The notes under the pieces are model-generated. The model did not search any database and was not told the origin of the DNA. It saw only the letters and a list, made by a program, of their open reading frames with translations. Made by a program: the position numbers and the translations under genes. A stretch of DNA of 45,270 nucleotides from a virus (lineage: Duplodnaviria; Caudoviricetes). The stretch lies in IMG/VR virus record IMGVR_UViG_3300017913_002579, positions 1-45,270 of that record. One strand, 5' to 3'. This document shows, piece by piece, positions 28,698 to 37,749 of this stretch; within the stretch, counting starts at the first letter, position 1; every line of letters starts with the position of its first letter.

Positions 28698-30122
28698 TCA
28701 TTCCTCCTTGAATCGGACATAGACAGCGTTGCCCACACGGAATGTGTTGAAAAGACCTTCCACATCCTTGAACCGCTTGTAAACCGTAGGCTTACTCTTA
28801 CCAAGTTGGTTGGCGTATCGCTCAAACAGGTTGTTCTTGAGAACCCATCCTTCGCCCTTGCCTTCAATCTCAGTCGTTTTACAAGCCTTGAACGCGTTGT
28901 TCCACTCGTCTCGGCGAGCAACCTTCTCAGCGGCTTTTGCACCAACCTCAACCTCGGACTCAAGCCAAAGGACGAGTTGTTCGTAAATGTCGTAAAGCAT
29001 CTCAGTAGCGACTTCAACATCATCACCCGTGACCTTCCACTCAGCGTCGTGAGGAATGTCGTCGCGCATCACTCTCATCAATGCAAGATGTGTTGCAAAA
29101 AGAACGGTGTAGTTGAGAATGTTTGGAATGAACGAACAGACAACATCGGACAGGTGCTTCTCCATACCGCGAACCAGCGTGTAGTATTCCTCAACGGATG
29201 AAAGAATCTGTGGCTCAAAGGATGGGTCAATGGTGAACATCTCATGCATACAAGCACGAGCAATGTCCTCCTTGCCAGCAGGGGATAGCGCGTCCCACTC
29301 TTCATCGGTGGTGTTACTCAACAAAAGAAGTCGCTGTCGCGTCTTCTCAGCAATGCCCGAAAAGTGCAATGCAATGTCGTCAAGGCTTTGCACTTCGGTC
29401 AACTTGTTCTTGAAGACACCAGCCATTCTTCGCTCGGACACCATCTGTCGCATGTCGTCGCTCCACGGTCGGTAAAGCAAAAGAACACGCTGGAACAGAC
29501 CCTTCGTCAAGACATATTCCTTCACACCGCTCGGTGGGAAAGAGGTAATCCAAAACGATACGCGCGATTCAGTTTCAACCTTACCGTTCTTCATGTGCTT
29601 GGTCAAGGTGTTGCTGTGGCTCCCGACAGGGTTCATTGCCTGTTGAAGATAAAGGATAACTTCGGAGAAGAATTGCTTTGGGTTGGACTGCAAGAGGATT
29701 GAACCTTCATCAAAGTTCAAACACTTCTTGCCTCCAAGCAAGCCTTCCTTCTCAACGGTTTCGTATCCACCTTCGCCGTCGCTGATTGAGTCAATTGACC
29801 CGATTAGCGCGCTGTCTGTTCCGCTGGTGAACATGTCGGTGTTCAGTCCAGCCTTCTCCGCAACTTCGCCTGTGAACTCCCACGCGATGGTCTTACCCGA
29901 ACGCGTCGGTTGAATCCAAAATACATGGATTCGGGGGTCCAGCGCGCTCGCCCATACGGGTATTCGCACATAGTCCACAAGGGCTTGTCCTTGCAAATAG
30001 AAGAAGGAGATGAGTCCGGGGACCTCGTTGAAAAACGAAGTGGTCCTAAACCGCTCAAGGTATTCCTTCATCATTGGGTATTCTTTTACTGCTGTGTATT
30101 GGTTCCACATTCTTTGGGGCAT
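28698..30122 (-). CDS. MCM-like AAA+ helicase (putative replicative helicase) with possible C-terminal winged helix
   Basis: Walker A PTRSGKT, then GTDSALIGS...EGLLGG. Walker B LNFDEG, LQQAM (cf. MCM LHEAM) and Arg finger LFQRV. Confidence 0.7.
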   Translation of the reverse strand: MPQRMWNQYTAVKEYPMMKEYLERFRTTSFFNEVPGLISFFYLQGQALVDYVRIPVWASALDPRIHVFWIQPTRSGKTIAWEFTGEVAEKAGLNTDMFTSGTDSALIGSIDSISDGEGGYETVEKEGLLGGKKCLNFDEGSILLQSNPKQFFSEVILYLQQAMNPVGSHSNTLTKHMKNGKVETESRVSFWITSFPPSGVKEYVLTKGLFQRVLLLYRPWSDDMRQMVSERRMAGVFKNKLTEVQSLDDIALHFSGIAEKTRQRLLLLSNTTDEEWDALSPAGKEDIARACMHEMFTIDPSFEPQILSSVEEYYTLVRGMEKHLSDVVCSFIPNILNYTVLFATHLALMRVMRDDIPHDAEWKVTGDDVEVATEMLYDIYEQLVLWLESEVEVGAKAAEKVARRDEWNNAFKACKTTEIEGKGEGWVLKNNLFERYANQLGKSKPTVYKRFKDVEGLFNTFRVGNAVYVRFKEE

Positions 30123-30170
30123 GTTTCTTCTCTCCTATTTTGGGGGGCGGATGACTCTTCGGGTATGGTG

Positions 30171-30250
30171 GTCACCCTATAACCATTTCTCATTTTATCA
30201 ATTATCGCTATACTATCATAAAGATAATTGTTGAGTGTATATAAAGTCTT
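30171..30250 (-). promoter_or_regulatory. AT-rich intergenic island with TATA-like box and inverted repeat, upstream of the helicase gene
   Basis: TTTATATA on the minus strand at 30238-30245. Inverted repeat CAATTATC (30199-30206) / GATAATTG (30223-30230). AGGAG SD before ATG 30122. Confidence 0.55.
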
Positions 30251-30261
30251 GAACAACTTCT

Positions 30262-30960
30262 TCACCTCTCAACGCGAACTGCGTCTTCGCTGGTTAGAAC
30301 TTCAATGACTCGGTTGCGCAACACCTTTCCCATGCGGGGGACATCGCGCAGGCACTCTCCGCATGTGGCTTCTTCAATTGAGCCACACGCGTCAAGGATA
30401 GCATCAACCATTTCGGGTCCGATGCCGGGGATTGTCAAAAGCATGTCAGCGCGCACATCGTTTGTGCTAACTCGGCGGACTGCTTGCGCTCCGTGGCGAC
30501 TTGCTTTTTTGTAGGTCTTTTCATGCAGGGCGACCATGAAAGCCGATGCTTCCCCTACATTGGGCGCTCGGTAAATGAGGCAACCGAAGTCGGCTACGAC
30601 ACGACCGAGGAATCCTGTCATTTGTTTGAGGGCTTGACTTGCTGTGATGGTTGAGCCACGCTCACGAGCGCGCGCTACATATCCGCCAATTTCACCCCAA
30701 ATGACCAAACCGTAGTTTCCATCATTCGCGTCCATGTTATCCAACTGACGCATGAGGTGTCCACTTCTCATTGATGAAAAGAGGTCATCAACGCTCTTGG
30801 CTTCAATCAGCCAATCACCGCATTTGTAATCACCGTTGACGAGGTTTTCTCGCGCAACGCTAATGCGTGGTGAACGAGACTTGGCTCGTCGCTCAACCGC
30901 TGAAACAAGCGAGCCGCGCTCGTTTGTGTCAATGATGAGTGCAGGTTTCAAAAGGACCAC
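30262..30960 (-). CDS. ERCC4/XPF-family structure-specific endonuclease with HhH motifs
   Basis: IIDTNE, GDY and IEAKSVDDLFSSM (ERKxxxD-like). HhH motif LLTIPGIGPE. Confidence 0.9.
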   Translation of the reverse strand: MVLLKPALIIDTNERGSLVSAVERRAKSRSPRISVARENLVNGDYKCGDWLIEAKSVDDLFSSMRSGHLMRQLDNMDANDGNYGLVIWGEIGGYVARARERGSTITASQALKQMTGFLGRVVADFGCLIYRAPNVGEASAFMVALHEKTYKKASRHGAQAVRRVSTNDVRADMLLTIPGIGPEMVDAILDACGSIEEATCGECLRDVPRMGKVLRNRVIEVLTSEDAVRVER

Positions 30961-31181
30961 CTCTTCAATCTCATCATTTTCTCGTGGGCTTGCTTACAGC
31001 GTTTACTTACACGAGTGTCGTCTATATTCTCAACGACACTCCATTTGTTGACGCCGAGCAAAACAGCACCACACAAACATGGGTCACGCTTTTCTGAACT
31101 CTCATGAATGATGTGCAGAATTTGCTCATGACTGCGGTTTTGAGGGCGGGTCAGAAAGATGTAGCCTTCGGCGAGTTTCAT
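30948..31181 (-). CDS. Hypothetical protein (77 aa, Cys/His-containing)
   Basis: ATGA overlap with the primase stop; fills the gap to the ERCC4 gene. Confidence 0.55.
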   Translation of the reverse strand: MKLAEGYIFLTRPQNRSHEQILHIIHESSEKRDPCLCGAVLLGVNKWSVVENIDDTRVSKRCKQAHEKMMRLKRWSF

Positions 31182-32761
31182 CTAATCACCCTCAAAGCAG
31201 AATAGATTGTCGTGATTTCCTTCATGTCCTTCTCGTTCTTCAACCAAATGTTCTCGCAAATTGTCTTGATAGGCGTCCCTTTGGATTTGATTTCGTAAGC
31301 ATTGTTCCATCCTTTGAGATTAACATTGTAGTCCATGTGATTGTAGGAATTGACCGTAGCCCAAACGATGATTGCTTTGTTAGCAATGTATTTGTTGAGT
31401 TGATGAGGCGGTATCATTCTCCCCAATTTGTTCCAATCATCCTCGGTCACAGTTTTGACTTCAATGGGGATGTTGTTGACTTGCAAATCCCCCTTTCCTT
31501 TTTGAACATCAAAGTGGCGCGATAAGTAAAATCCAACAGCCGCTTCTGCTTTTAGACCAATGAATGTTGATGACACATTGTTGTGTGAATAATCTCCTAC
31601 GCGCTCCTTGTGCTTCTCAACCTCTCTTTTGGCTATGCTGTAAACCTCGTTGACTTCTTGAGGTGAGAGTTGAATCGTTTCCGTGGCATCTTGATGTTCG
31701 CCTGTGCCATCCCACAATTGGCATCGTCCGATGCACAGACCTTTGCCGATGAGACTCTCGCATCGCTCCATGTAGCCACCGTCAACGATTGAACGGATTT
31801 GATACTCAGTCACCGATGGGTTGTAGTCAGCCCATTGGAGTTGCTTGATGAAGTCGTGCATGGTGAGGATATGCTTCTCTCTCATCTGCACCGTGGTGCG
31901 TTGGACAGGGAGGAAGTTGCGCAATCGCGAAGCAAGGTAAATTGCCAAACTCGCGCGGCTGATGTGTGGAGGGTTGCTTCCAACTTGACAGGCTGATTCC
32001 ATGAGGCAGGGGAGAATCTTGATGCTCCCCATGCTCACCGTTTCAAAGTCAACAGGCTCGCCCGTCACCTTGAATTGACTTTCACGCACTTGCTTGACAG
32101 GGAGGTAAACGCCTTTCTCACCATAGAAGTAAGCGGTGTTGCGCGGCTCTTGAGCCAACTTGCAAATCTCATCCCATGACAATGTAAGCAACTCTTCACT
32201 TTCAAGAGGGATGCTCCAACGAAGCACATGTTGCTTGGCGTTGTAGGAGTTGGGGATGCGGATGACTCGCGCCATGTCAAACGGCACAGTCGGGTCCATG
32301 CAATAGAGTTCCATGTCCTTCTTCCACTTGTTGATGACCTTCTTACCTGCCGCTTTGATGTGAGAAACTTGCGCACCGCTGGATGGCAAGTGCGTTTTCT
32401 CAAGTGAAATCCAAATGTGAAATCCGTTGCCGCTGAACCAAACACCGTGATTGATGTTTTGCTCCAAGAGTGAAGAGTGGAGGCGTCGGACTTGCTCAAC
32501 AACTTCGTCGCCTTCAACCTCAATCATGTTGCTACCCTTGCGATACTTCTTGTCAAAGTCCAACACGAAGTTGCTAACAACAGCGGTATTGTATTCCGCG
32601 CGTCGTCCGTTGGGCTTCAATGCTCGGAAGCCATAGACTGACATGTAAGCGCATTGAGCGTTTTCAAGACTCTTCCAATAGCGTTCAAACTCGGATTGGT
32701 TGTGAACAATTTTTCGGAACAACCCCACTTCTTTCGGGAAATCAAACTTAAGCGGCTTCAT
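31178..32761 (-). CDS. Archaeo-eukaryotic primase (PriS + PriL-like Fe-S domain) with C-terminal PD-(D/E)XK-like extension
   Basis: AEP motifs VLDFD, FSGNGFH and DMARVIRIPNS. PriL-CTD-like LPCL...PPHISR...DYNPSVTEYQI...CESL...GLCIGRC. Extension GLKAEAAV...GDLQV...IEVKT. ATG 32761 lies behind GAGGT. Confidence 0.85.
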   Translation of the reverse strand: MKPLKFDFPKEVGLFRKIVHNQSEFERYWKSLENAQCAYMSVYGFRALKPNGRRAEYNTAVVSNFVLDFDKKYRKGSNMIEVEGDEVVEQVRRLHSSLLEQNINHGVWFSGNGFHIWISLEKTHLPSSGAQVSHIKAAGKKVINKWKKDMELYCMDPTVPFDMARVIRIPNSYNAKQHVLRWSIPLESEELLTLSWDEICKLAQEPRNTAYFYGEKGVYLPVKQVRESQFKVTGEPVDFETVSMGSIKILPCLMESACQVGSNPPHISRASLAIYLASRLRNFLPVQRTTVQMREKHILTMHDFIKQLQWADYNPSVTEYQIRSIVDGGYMERCESLIGKGLCIGRCQLWDGTGEHQDATETIQLSPQEVNEVYSIAKREVEKHKERVGDYSHNNVSSTFIGLKAEAAVGFYLSRHFDVQKGKGDLQVNNIPIEVKTVTEDDWNKLGRMIPPHQLNKYIANKAIIVWATVNSYNHMDYNVNLKGWNNAYEIKSKGTPIKTICENIWLKNEKDMKEITTIYSALRVIR

Positions 32762-32897
32762 TGTCAAACCTCATTTCAGCAGTCACAGCGAACTCAAGCA
32801 GTTTGTCAATACAAGAGAGACAGGCGGCGCGCTTTGAATAACGCATAGCAATGCCGCCTTTGTCCCATCCACACAATTCACACGGTCTTCCACTCAT
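32748..32897 (-). CDS. 49-aa zinc-finger microprotein (not in ORF track)
   Basis: Translates as MSGRPCELCGWDKGGIAMRYSKRAACLSCIDKLLEFAVTAEMRFDNEAA*. ATGA overlap with the upstream stop. Confidence 0.65.
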   Translation of the reverse strand: MSGRPCELCGWDKGGIAMRYSKRAACLSCIDKLLEFAVTAEMRFDNEAA

Positions 32898-33817
32898 TCG
32901 CTCACCTGTATTGCATATTTCGGACACAGTTCAAGATACTCGCAGTAGGAGCATGGTGAAAAGTTGTAACCGTCTTTGGCGATGGGGAAGTTTTGGTCAA
33001 GATACATCTTGATAAGTTTCTTCAAACCGTTCATCATCGCCCTTTCGCTGGATGGTTTTGTCTCCTCAATCGTCCAATGGTCTGCGGCTGAGTATCGCCA
33101 ACCCCAATGGGTTACAGGTCTGTCAATACCGCGTTCTTGCAGATACGCGCTATCGCAATTGTCAATCAAGAACTTGTAGTAAGCCATCTCTTTTCGCATG
33201 TCACCCATCTTGTAATCCTTCCATTTGCCTGTCTTCAACTCGTAAAGCATCAAGCCCCCATCGGGAGCCTCAAACACTCGGTCAATGATGCCGACGAACT
33301 GAACAGGGATTTTCCCATAGCCACCAATGTCCATGTCAAGACGAAGTTCAAGGCGAACCTCATTCGCGAGCGGCAAAGGATTCTTGGGATTCATCTTCAT
33401 TCGCGCGTTCTCAAACTCCATGAGCCATTTCATGTTGCGGTAGTAATCCTCATGGTAAAACGGAAAGTCCTTGTTTTCAACGCGTCGGTTGTCCATGATT
33501 GTTTGTGGCGAAGGAATCATCTTGGTGAGGTATTGTGTCAAGTCAGCCTTCTTCTCAATCATTTGATTGAGCGACTGCGTGCGATGGTTCTTCTCAAACG
33601 CTTGGTAAAACAGGTCCAAACCGTTGTGAACATCATCGCCAACAACGAGGTGCTTGACCAAACCTTGCGGCTTTGGGTAGTTCTGTTGCAACCACATCTG
33701 TTGCGCGCACCACCCAAGCGAGCCTGCTGTTGATTTGCTGATGCGAATTACAATGCCTTCTTCACCCATCTTGGGCGTCCAAGCATAGGATGACCCGTCA
33801 TCATAGATTTTAACCAT
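32894..33817 (-). CDS. Cas4/RecB-like PD-(D/E)XK exonuclease with Fe-S cluster cysteines
   Basis: N-terminal ISKS...WC, then GIIDRV and YELKTGK, and C-terminal CSYCEYLELCP. ATG 33817 lies behind GGAGG. Confidence 0.85.
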   Translation of the reverse strand: MVKIYDDGSSYAWTPKMGEEGIVIRISKSTAGSLGWCAQQMWLQQNYPKPQGLVKHLVVGDDVHNGLDLFYQAFEKNHRTQSLNQMIEKKADLTQYLTKMIPSPQTIMDNRRVENKDFPFYHEDYYRNMKWLMEFENARMKMNPKNPLPLANEVRLELRLDMDIGGYGKIPVQFVGIIDRVFEAPDGGLMLYELKTGKWKDYKMGDMRKEMAYYKFLIDNCDSAYLQERGIDRPVTHWGWRYSAADHWTIEETKPSSERAMMNGLKKLIKMYLDQNFPIAKDGYNFSPCSYCEYLELCPKYAIQVSE

Positions 33818-34100
33818 GAAACGGTCGCCCTCCTGCATCTTCTCGGTCCATCTCATTTTCCATGTTGCGCAACGCCAACTGCTTGGAGCGCTTCACGCTA
33901 TCTGTATTCACCATGAACAATTCCTCGTCAAGTTCGTTCGTGTGAATTTTCACAACGGTGGCAGAAGGGACAAGCGTGTAGCCTCCGTCTCCTTTCACTC
34001 CCAAGTAATCATTCAGTAGCGCGTCACCAAAGAAGAGGTCGCCCGTTACATCCTTGATGGTTTTGGTCCCTGTCTCAAAGTAGGTGATGGTCACCTTCAT
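33810..34100 (-). CDS. Hypothetical protein (96 aa)
   Basis: ORF overlapping both neighbours in the operon. Confidence 0.65.
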   Translation of the reverse strand: MKVTITYFETGTKTIKDVTGDLFFGDALLNDYLGVKGDGGYTLVPSATVVKIHTNELDEELFMVNTDSVKRSKQLALRNMENEMDREDAGGRPFHG

Positions 34101-34366
34101 GACTGTCCCACCTTTGTTGGGGCGTCAATGTTGTTGATGAAATACAGGTCGGGGAACTTGCGTCGCAGTTCCTCCTGCAATTCACAAACAGCGCGGGCCA
34201 ATTTGACCACATTGCCGTCAGCCAACACCATGTCAAGGTCATCACCCAATCCGTTGATGGCATTCTCTTTGTCGGAGAGGTCTTCCCTCAACAGCCTGTT
34301 CGCCTCTTCAAGTTCAGCGATTTTTTCTTCAAGTTTCTCAATTCGTTTTTCGTTTTTGTCGGTCAT
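34097..34366 (-). CDS. Coiled-coil hypothetical protein (89 aa)
   Basis: Heptad pattern RIEKLEEKIAELEEANRLL. ATG 34366 lies behind GGTGA, just after the PolB stop. Confidence 0.65.
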   Translation of the reverse strand: MTDKNEKRIEKLEEKIAELEEANRLLREDLSDKENAINGLGDDLDMVLADGNVVKLARAVCELQEELRRKFPDLYFINNIDAPTKVGQS

Positions 34367-34371
34367 TTTTC

Positions 34372-36714
34372 TCACCAATATGTTGCGGGTCGGGGTTCTC
34401 CCATAGCGGCTTCAAGGTCCCAACCCAAGACCTTGAAGATTTCTTTGATTTTGTTTTGAACGAGTTTTTCAATGACTGCTTTACGGTCAATCTCAAACCC
34501 TTCCAAGTCCTTTTCTTCGCGATACGCGGCATACTTGGTAGGTGGTAGCCCGTTAGGAGAGTGAGCCACATACACCCACGCAACTGAATTGCCTTTGACA
34601 AATGCGTCGCGGTCGTCTTTGACGATGTGTTTGTTGAAGTATTGCGCTCCTTGCGCGGCAGGCGTTTTTGAGGGGAACACGCCAACCCGTGTGGATTGTG
34701 TGATTTCCTTCAAGTTGTATTCGCCACGACGGAGAGGCATCACCATGTCAAGAACAGCGTTGCGCACATCACCTTCGGAGGCTCCTGTGCAGACGAGTTC
34801 AAGAACGGTCTTCTCAGCCTTCTTGCTGATTGGTGCTTTACCACTCCCCTTCATCAGTTGAGCGTTCTTCCATTTGCCTTTGTCGGCTTCGGGGTAAGAC
34901 ACGATACCAGCATAGCGATTGTAGGTTTCAAGATACCAATAATCCATGTAAGCCTCAAGTTCAGCAATCAGTTTCTTGTTACCCGTCTGTTCTTGAACAA
35001 CCTCAGTTACGCGCTTCGCCAAGTGTTCAGCATCTTCAAGCGGGACTTGGATGAATGCTGAATCGGTGAAGCCGTAAATGACATTGTAGCCCATGTTGGT
35101 AGCCACGGTGTCAAGCAAGGCTATGCATCGGCGGCCTTCGGAGAGGATGGTTTCAGCAATGTCCATGTCCGACCAACCGTAGCCAGCGTGAGCCGTCATG
35201 CCATACAGCGACGCCATGACGCGCTTGACTGCGAGTTGCGTGGTGTTCCAAGCCGCTCGTATCTCCTTCGTCTCAGCGTCGCGCATGTTCCTTTTGCAAA
35301 CATCACGGTATGCAAAGAGGTAGTCAACGATTTCGGGAAGGATGCCCTTCTTGGTTTGGTCCCAATAGGTTCCGTTCTCCATCGCAAGAACGCCATCACC
35401 GGGTCCGTCGCGCTTGGTTGTCCAGCAAAGATTGTAGCCTGTCATCAACGATGGATACAGCCCCTTGTAGTCAAGGACTGCAACATTCTCGTAAAGTCCG
35501 TTGTCCTTCTTGATGAACTCAGCGCCCTTCAAGTCGTCGCGCTGTGCTTGGTATCGGGATGGCGCTTTCTTACCCGTTCGTCGGGAAATCAAGCCACGCG
35601 CAAAGTTCGTGACATTGGATACGGAACTCAGCGACACGCCCGTCAAGCGCACCATTTCCACGAAGAAGTCCGTGACATTGCGAGCCTCATCAATGCCCCG
35701 TAGCAGAACGGTGTCAAGCAAACAGTAGTCCACGAACTCCTCCCAATACTCATACCAGCCATTGTGAACGGTCATGCCGTCAATCTCTTCGGTGAGTTTT
35801 GAGCCGAGTCCAAGCGTTTCAGCGATGGTGTTCAACTTGAGGTTGGGCAGTTGACCGCCACCACTATCCTTCCACACACGCTCAAAGCCTGTGCCGCTTC
35901 CTTCGGGAGCGGCGGTGTCAAACTGCCAGCGACCAGCGATGGGTTGAGCATCGTATCGGTAGCGCTCTCCACGCTTTGGGTAGCGAATGATGCCGAGAGG
36001 ACTCAACTTAGACGCGCCACCCTGTCCGTAAATCTTGTCAAGGCGTTCAATCATGTGAGGTATGTCAAAGAATGTTCCTGCGTGAGCAATCATCATGTCG
36101 GGGTTGCGCTCATTGAGAAACCAAATGAAATTGTCATACATGTCTTTTTCGGAACCATAGAGATACAATGTGTATTTTTCACCACGGACTTCTCTTGAAG
36201 TTGTAGTGTTATTGTAATCACGATAGGGGCAATTGGTTCGCTCGTCAGCCCATGCGAAAACAACGGGTGTATCAAGGTCGGAGTCAATGACGGCGATAAC
36301 GGTCGTGAAGTTGTCATCACCTGTATCGCACTCAATGTCATACCACCACTTGCGTGGCTTCCAACGGGGCATCTCAGCAACATTGTTGATGAGGTATTGG
36401 TCTTGGTAAAACACATCGGCCTCGTAAGTGCCGCTGAAATTCTTGGACATGTTGAAAATGTCGTAAGACGAGTCAGCCTCCACCTTCCAAAGTTTGGTTC
36501 CGTCAAGCCCTTCAAACACTTCATCCTTGAGGATTCGCGCGGTAGGGAATGAGCGGAGCATGGTGTTGATTCGGAACTCCGATGTGTGGCATGGGATGAA
36601 CATGTGAGGGTAGTAATCGTGAACCCTGTTCTCAACTAACTTTCCTTCACCGTCGCGCCACCGTGTGTAAAGTGTAGGTGGTCCGTCGTCGTGATGGATG
36701 GCGTCAACAATCAT
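34372..36714 (-). CDS. polB: Family B DNA polymerase (780 aa)
   Basis: Exonuclease motifs YDIECD, FFDIPHM and YCLLD. Polymerase motif A LDYKGLYPS, motif B QLAVKRVMASLYG, motif C IYGFTDSAF. Confidence 0.97.
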   Translation of the reverse strand: MIVDAIHHDDGPPTLYTRWRDGEGKLVENRVHDYYPHMFIPCHTSEFRINTMLRSFPTARILKDEVFEGLDGTKLWKVEADSSYDIFNMSKNFSGTYEADVFYQDQYLINNVAEMPRWKPRKWWYDIECDTGDDNFTTVIAVIDSDLDTPVVFAWADERTNCPYRDYNNTTTSREVRGEKYTLYLYGSEKDMYDNFIWFLNERNPDMMIAHAGTFFDIPHMIERLDKIYGQGGASKLSPLGIIRYPKRGERYRYDAQPIAGRWQFDTAAPEGSGTGFERVWKDSGGGQLPNLKLNTIAETLGLGSKLTEEIDGMTVHNGWYEYWEEFVDYCLLDTVLLRGIDEARNVTDFFVEMVRLTGVSLSSVSNVTNFARGLISRRTGKKAPSRYQAQRDDLKGAEFIKKDNGLYENVAVLDYKGLYPSLMTGYNLCWTTKRDGPGDGVLAMENGTYWDQTKKGILPEIVDYLFAYRDVCKRNMRDAETKEIRAAWNTTQLAVKRVMASLYGMTAHAGYGWSDMDIAETILSEGRRCIALLDTVATNMGYNVIYGFTDSAFIQVPLEDAEHLAKRVTEVVQEQTGNKKLIAELEAYMDYWYLETYNRYAGIVSYPEADKGKWKNAQLMKGSGKAPISKKAEKTVLELVCTGASEGDVRNAVLDMVMPLRRGEYNLKEITQSTRVGVFPSKTPAAQGAQYFNKHIVKDDRDAFVKGNSVAWVYVAHSPNGLPPTKYAAYREEKDLEGFEIDRKAVIEKLVQNKIKEIFKVLGWDLEAAMGEPRPATYW

Positions 36715-36833
36715 CAGTATTCACCCGCCCTTCGCTGACTGAGAAGATAATTGACCTCAGCGCGGCACTCATCACAGCATTTGGAAAGGTCTTCAACATC
36801 CTCGCCAGCACACATTTTGCACTCTTTACTCAT
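36714..36833 (-). CDS. 39-aa Cys-rich microprotein (not in ORF track)
   Basis: Translates as MSKECKMCAGEDVEDLSKCCDECRAEVNYLLSQRRAGEY*. ATGA overlap upstream and TGATG overlap with the polB start. Confidence 0.65.
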   Translation of the reverse strand: MSKECKMCAGEDVEDLSKCCDECRAEVNYLLSQRRAGEY

Positions 36834-37597
36834 TGGTCAGCCCCCTCTTGGTGTTTGAGGATGAGCGTTGCGTTCACATCTTGGTGGATGAGAACGAGCG
36901 CGCTTCGGTTGCCGATGTGGAACTCAACATTGCCACTCCCCATGATTCTCAACAACTTAGGGAGAGCCGACGAGAACACCGTTTCAACTGATGTGCTGTT
37001 CTGTTGACAGTCAACATCAAGACGCCTGCTCATTCGCGCACCAAGACTGCTACCAGCACTCACTACCATCTCGTTCTCTTCAACGGTAATGCGAACAGGG
37101 GAGTCCTTTGCCGTGACCTTCATCATCGCTTCAAGACCATGCAGTTCGCTCATGGTGAGCGTGCCGTGGCATGACAGTTCAGCGCGACCAAGAGTCTTCC
37201 AACCGTTTGATTGCGCACTCGCAATAGCCATCTTGGCTCGCGCAACAGACTGATGTGAAAGAATCTCCGTGTAGGTTGGAGTGCTGAACTCATCGTTGCC
37301 GTTCTTCAAATGGAATGTGCCGCCGACATGTCGGATGACCGTCTTCGGCTCCTTCGCCGCCTTGAGGAACGCACACACCTTGCTGAGGTAGGGGATGTAA
37401 ACTTCCCCTGCTCGGTAAGTGATGGTGTTGTCCAACAGCGTTGGGATGCTCTTGTAGCAGTAGTGCGTGTCAACATCAACAGCGCCAGCGATACTCATGT
37501 CTTTGATTTCACAGAAGAGGTCATCAACCCCTTCACCGAATCCCGAAAGAAAACCGAGTAGCGTGTCTGTGGACACAATGGCTTGAGCCAATGTCAA
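36830..37597 (-). CDS. Putative PCNA-like sliding clamp (255 aa)
   Basis: Size, a two-domain alpha/beta pattern ending in a hydrophobic strand (ATLILKH), and location near polB and the clamp loader. Divergent, with no diagnostic motif. Confidence 0.55.
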   Translation of the reverse strand: MTLAQAIVSTDTLLGFLSGFGEGVDDLFCEIKDMSIAGAVDVDTHYCYKSIPTLLDNTITYRAGEVYIPYLSKVCAFLKAAKEPKTVIRHVGGTFHLKNGNDEFSTPTYTEILSHQSVARAKMAIASAQSNGWKTLGRAELSCHGTLTMSELHGLEAMMKVTAKDSPVRITVEENEMVVSAGSSLGARMSRRLDVDCQQNSTSVETVFSSALPKLLRIMGSGNVEFHIGNRSALVLIHQDVNATLILKHQEGADQ

Positions 37598-37749
37598 ACC
37601 ATCACCCCTTCGTCGCGCATCTGTATCTCAATGCATCGCTGGCAGGTCGGGATTTTTTCATCGTCACCTACGCAAGCGTAGTCACCAATTGAACCGCAAA
37701 GTCGCGTCTTGTTTTTTCCTTTAATGTGAATCACCTCTTGTTTCTTCAT
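37594..37749 (-). CDS. Small Cys/His protein (51 aa; H...LCG...CxxC)
   Basis: VIH, RLCG and TCQRC. ATG 37749 lies behind AGGTGA. Confidence 0.55.
   Translation of the reverse strand: MKKQEVIHIKGKNKTRLCGSIGDYACVGDDEKIPTCQRCIEIQMRDEGVMV

Noticed and set aside
32894-33817. Cas4-like gene as evidence of a CRISPR-Cas system
   Set aside because: No repeat-spacer array or other cas genes are visible. Solo Cas4-like nucleases are common in archaeal virus replication modules.
28698-36714. Inteins in PolB, helicase or primase
   Set aside because: Motif spacing is compact and no intein-like C...HN splice junction blocks were seen.
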